Virus record (IMG/VR): IMGVR_UViG_3300046791_000458
Location: 1 to 55,067 of that record
Length of the DNA stretch: 55,067 nucleotides
Direction: 5' to 3' (one strand)
Origin: a virus
Taxonomy: Duplodnaviria; Caudoviricetes
Within the stretch, counting starts at the first letter, position 1. Each line of letters opens with the position of its first letter. The notes beneath the pieces are model-generated. The model was not told where the DNA came from. It did no database searches and worked only from the letters and a program-made list of their open reading frames with translations. Position numbers and translations under genes: made by a program. This document shows positions 53,455 to 55,067 of this stretch, piece by piece.

Positions 53455-54795
53455 ATGCAATCCACATATGAACCTGTTACCATTTGGGCAGAGGTGACAG
53501 TTTTGGGCAGACGCAGACTACAGCAACAGGGTGAACTGGAGCAGCGCAACGGATGGTGGACGCTTCGATGGCGCGAGCCGGTGATCAAAGAAGACGGCTC
53601 GCTTGGCCAGGGGCGGTCGCCGCGGTTAAGGATCGGGCCGTGCGAGGGGGCGGGGAAGCTCACCGAGAAGGAGGCCCGGCGCATCGCCTGGGATGACCAC
53701 CTTTCGAAGCTCGACCAGAATGTGACCACACCGCAGAGCGTGATGACGGTCGAGTACTTCGTCGAGCACCACTGGTATCCCGAACACGTCCTGCCTAAAA
53801 AAGCCAACACGCAGATTTTTTACCGCAGCCGCCTGAAGGACATTCTCAAGCCGGACACGGTCAACCGGATTTTCGGCAGGCCGACGACGGCGGAGTTTGC
53901 CAAGAAGACCAAGGCCCGCGTCGAGGTCAAGGGCTGGCCCTACCTGGACGACGTCCGCCTGCGCGATCTCGACCACACCCGCATCCAGCAACTGGTCACG
54001 GGGATGATCAAGCGCGAGGTGGCGCCGGCCACGATCAAGCACATCAAAACCACCTGCTCGGCGATCATCAAACACGCCAAGAGCAAGGGCTGGTTCAAGG
54101 GCGACAATCCGGCCCGGGAGATCGTCACGCCCGAGATGGAGGCGGTCAAGGATTTGCATGCTCTCGATCTCGACCAGCTGGAAGCGGTCCTGGCGAAGTT
54201 GAAATCTCCGGCCCGTGAAATGTCCCTGCTCGCTACCTTGACCTCGATGAACGTCGCCGAGATTATCGGGCTGCAATGGAAGCGCGTGAACCTCGCCGAC
54301 AAGCCCATGATCGTGGACGGCAAGGCGGTGCCGCCGCGCGTGCTCGTGGTCGCCAAGCAATGGAATCTCGGGAGGCTGGAATCGCCGAAACGTAAGAAGC
54401 GCCTGCGCATGATTCCACTCCCGGGGGAGATCCTGGAGATGCTCGCGGCGATGAAGCAGCGCGACAAATTCACCGGCCCTGATGACTTCGTTTTCGTCTC
54501 CAGGAACGGCACGCCGGTGGACTCGCACAACCTGGCGAACCGGGAGTTGAAAAAGGTGGGCGAAGAGCTGGGCATGCCCTGGTTGAGCTGGCACGTTTTC
54601 CGGCGCACGCACACCACTCTGCTGGAAGAAAACGATGTGGAGATCAGCGACCGCCAGGCCAACATGGGGCACTCCAATGCGAAGCAGACCGAGGCCTATA
54701 CGATCCGCTCCATCGAGCGCCGCCGCCGGCAATTGAGCGACTTGAGCAGGCAGGTATTCCGTACGGAAGCACTGCCCCAGGGGCCGGTGAATTAG
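53455..54795 (+). CDS. int: Tyrosine recombinase (phage integrase)
   Basis: N-terminal arm-binding beta domain; NPA; SMNVAEIIGLQW; HVFRR (H380, R383); MGH (H406); Y415; attP adjacent. Confidence 0.92.
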   Translation: MQSTYEPVTIWAEVTVLGRRRLQQQGELEQRNGWWTLRWREPVIKEDGSLGQGRSPRLRIGPCEGAGKLTEKEARRIAWDDHLSKLDQNVTTPQSVMTVEYFVEHHWYPEHVLPKKANTQIFYRSRLKDILKPDTVNRIFGRPTTAEFAKKTKARVEVKGWPYLDDVRLRDLDHTRIQQLVTGMIKREVAPATIKHIKTTCSAIIKHAKSKGWFKGDNPAREIVTPEMEAVKDLHALDLDQLEAVLAKLKSPAREMSLLATLTSMNVAEIIGLQWKRVNLADKPMIVDGKAVPPRVLVVAKQWNLGRLESPKRKKRLRMIPLPGEILEMLAAMKQRDKFTGPDDFVFVSRNGTPVDSHNLANRELKKVGEELGMPWLSWHVFRRTHTTLLEENDVEISDRQANMGHSNAKQTEAYTIRSIERRRRQLSDLSRQVFRTEALPQGPVN

Positions 54796-54875
54796 ATGTT
54801 TTTCTGCCCCACTAACGCCCCAACCTATCACGTAAATTGCTGATTCTATGGGCTCGATTTCGCAAAACCCTATTC

Positions 54876-54920
54876 CTTTTAATCACAGGGTCGCGGGTTC
54901 GAGTCCCGCCCGGCTCACCA
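54876..54920 (+). tRNA. 3' half of tRNA-Lys(UUU), the att core; not an intact gene
   Basis: CTTTTAA anticodon loop, GCGGG-TTCGAGT-CCCGC T arm, CCGGCTC-A-CCA end; no 5' acceptor strand or D arm upstream. Confidence 0.85.
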
Positions 54921-54943
54921 AAACCCCTTTAAAATCAACAAGC

Positions 54944-54975
54944 AAAAAAGAGAGGCCAGCCCGAAACTGGCCTCT
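54944..54975. terminator. Intrinsic terminator-like hairpin after the tRNA fragment
   Basis: AGAGGCCAG-7 nt-CTGGCCTCT with A-tract on the left (U-tract on the minus strand). Confidence 0.65.
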
Positions 54976-55067
54976 GAACCTGTATTTTGTGATTATTTTG
55001 CCCCACTAACGCCCCAACCTGAACCTGTGATGCGAAGCTGCCCCGGTAACGATCCGCTCTGTCCCTG

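Larger units (their letters stand above)
54805..55020. other. attP site: tRNA-Lys core flanked by two identical 22-bp arm-type repeats
   Basis: TGCCCCACTAACGCCCCAACCT at 54805-54826 and 54999-55020; IHF-like AATCAGCAATTTA on the minus strand at 54833-54845. Confidence 0.82.
1..55067. mobile_element. Temperate tailed dsDNA phage (podovirus-like), partial genome, apparently in non-integrated form
   Basis: Capsid, portal, scaffold, TerS, tail fibre, primase-helicase, SNF2 helicase, integrase and attP present; no host housekeeping genes anywhere in the window. Confidence 0.93.

Noticed and set aside
53626-54831. 401-aa minus-strand ORF
   Set aside because: Antisense shadow of the integrase
54876-54920. 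Functional phage tRNA-Lys gene
   Set aside because: No 5' acceptor strand or D arm upstream; position beside the integrase fits an att core

Overview
The whole window reads as part of a GC-rich temperate dsDNA tailed phage with a podovirus-type virion gene set: portal, HK97-fold major capsid protein, scaffold, GroES, adaptors, a P22-gp10-like nozzle and a long tail fibre with an S74 chaperone, but no tape measure, tube or sheath. Layout: (i) 1-5.8 kb, mostly leftward small hypothetical genes; (ii) 6.0-17.0 kb, a leftward, tightly coupled array of about 25 small accessory ('early') genes headed by a PAPS-reductase-family gene; (iii) 17.1-19.7 kb, TerS, a largely non-coding control/origin region and a VRR-NUC nuclease; (iv) 19.8-27.2 kb, a leftward replication module (SNF2 helicase, SSB-like protein, primase-SF3 helicase); (v) 27.7-49.4 kb, the rightward virion module; (vi) 49.9-55.0 kb, an Xis-like gene, a ParB-like gene, a tyrosine integrase and an apparently intact attP containing the 3' half of tRNA-Lys(UUU). 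No TerL, endolysin, DNA polymerase or large ejection proteins are visible, so the genome probably extends beyond the window. The most unusual signals are in the early array. It carries at least 28 hand-counted, strand-biased copies of CCAGGAGG; five identical 15-bp gene junctions that give unrelated proteins the same QEAK C-terminus; and a duplicated ~190-bp promoter cassette with a 19-bp -35/-10 spacer. Several enzymes have non-canonical catalytic residues (integrase Arg->Asn, TOPRIM Glu->Asn, DGQHR->DGQHC). All family assignments come from recognising motifs by eye, without database searches.
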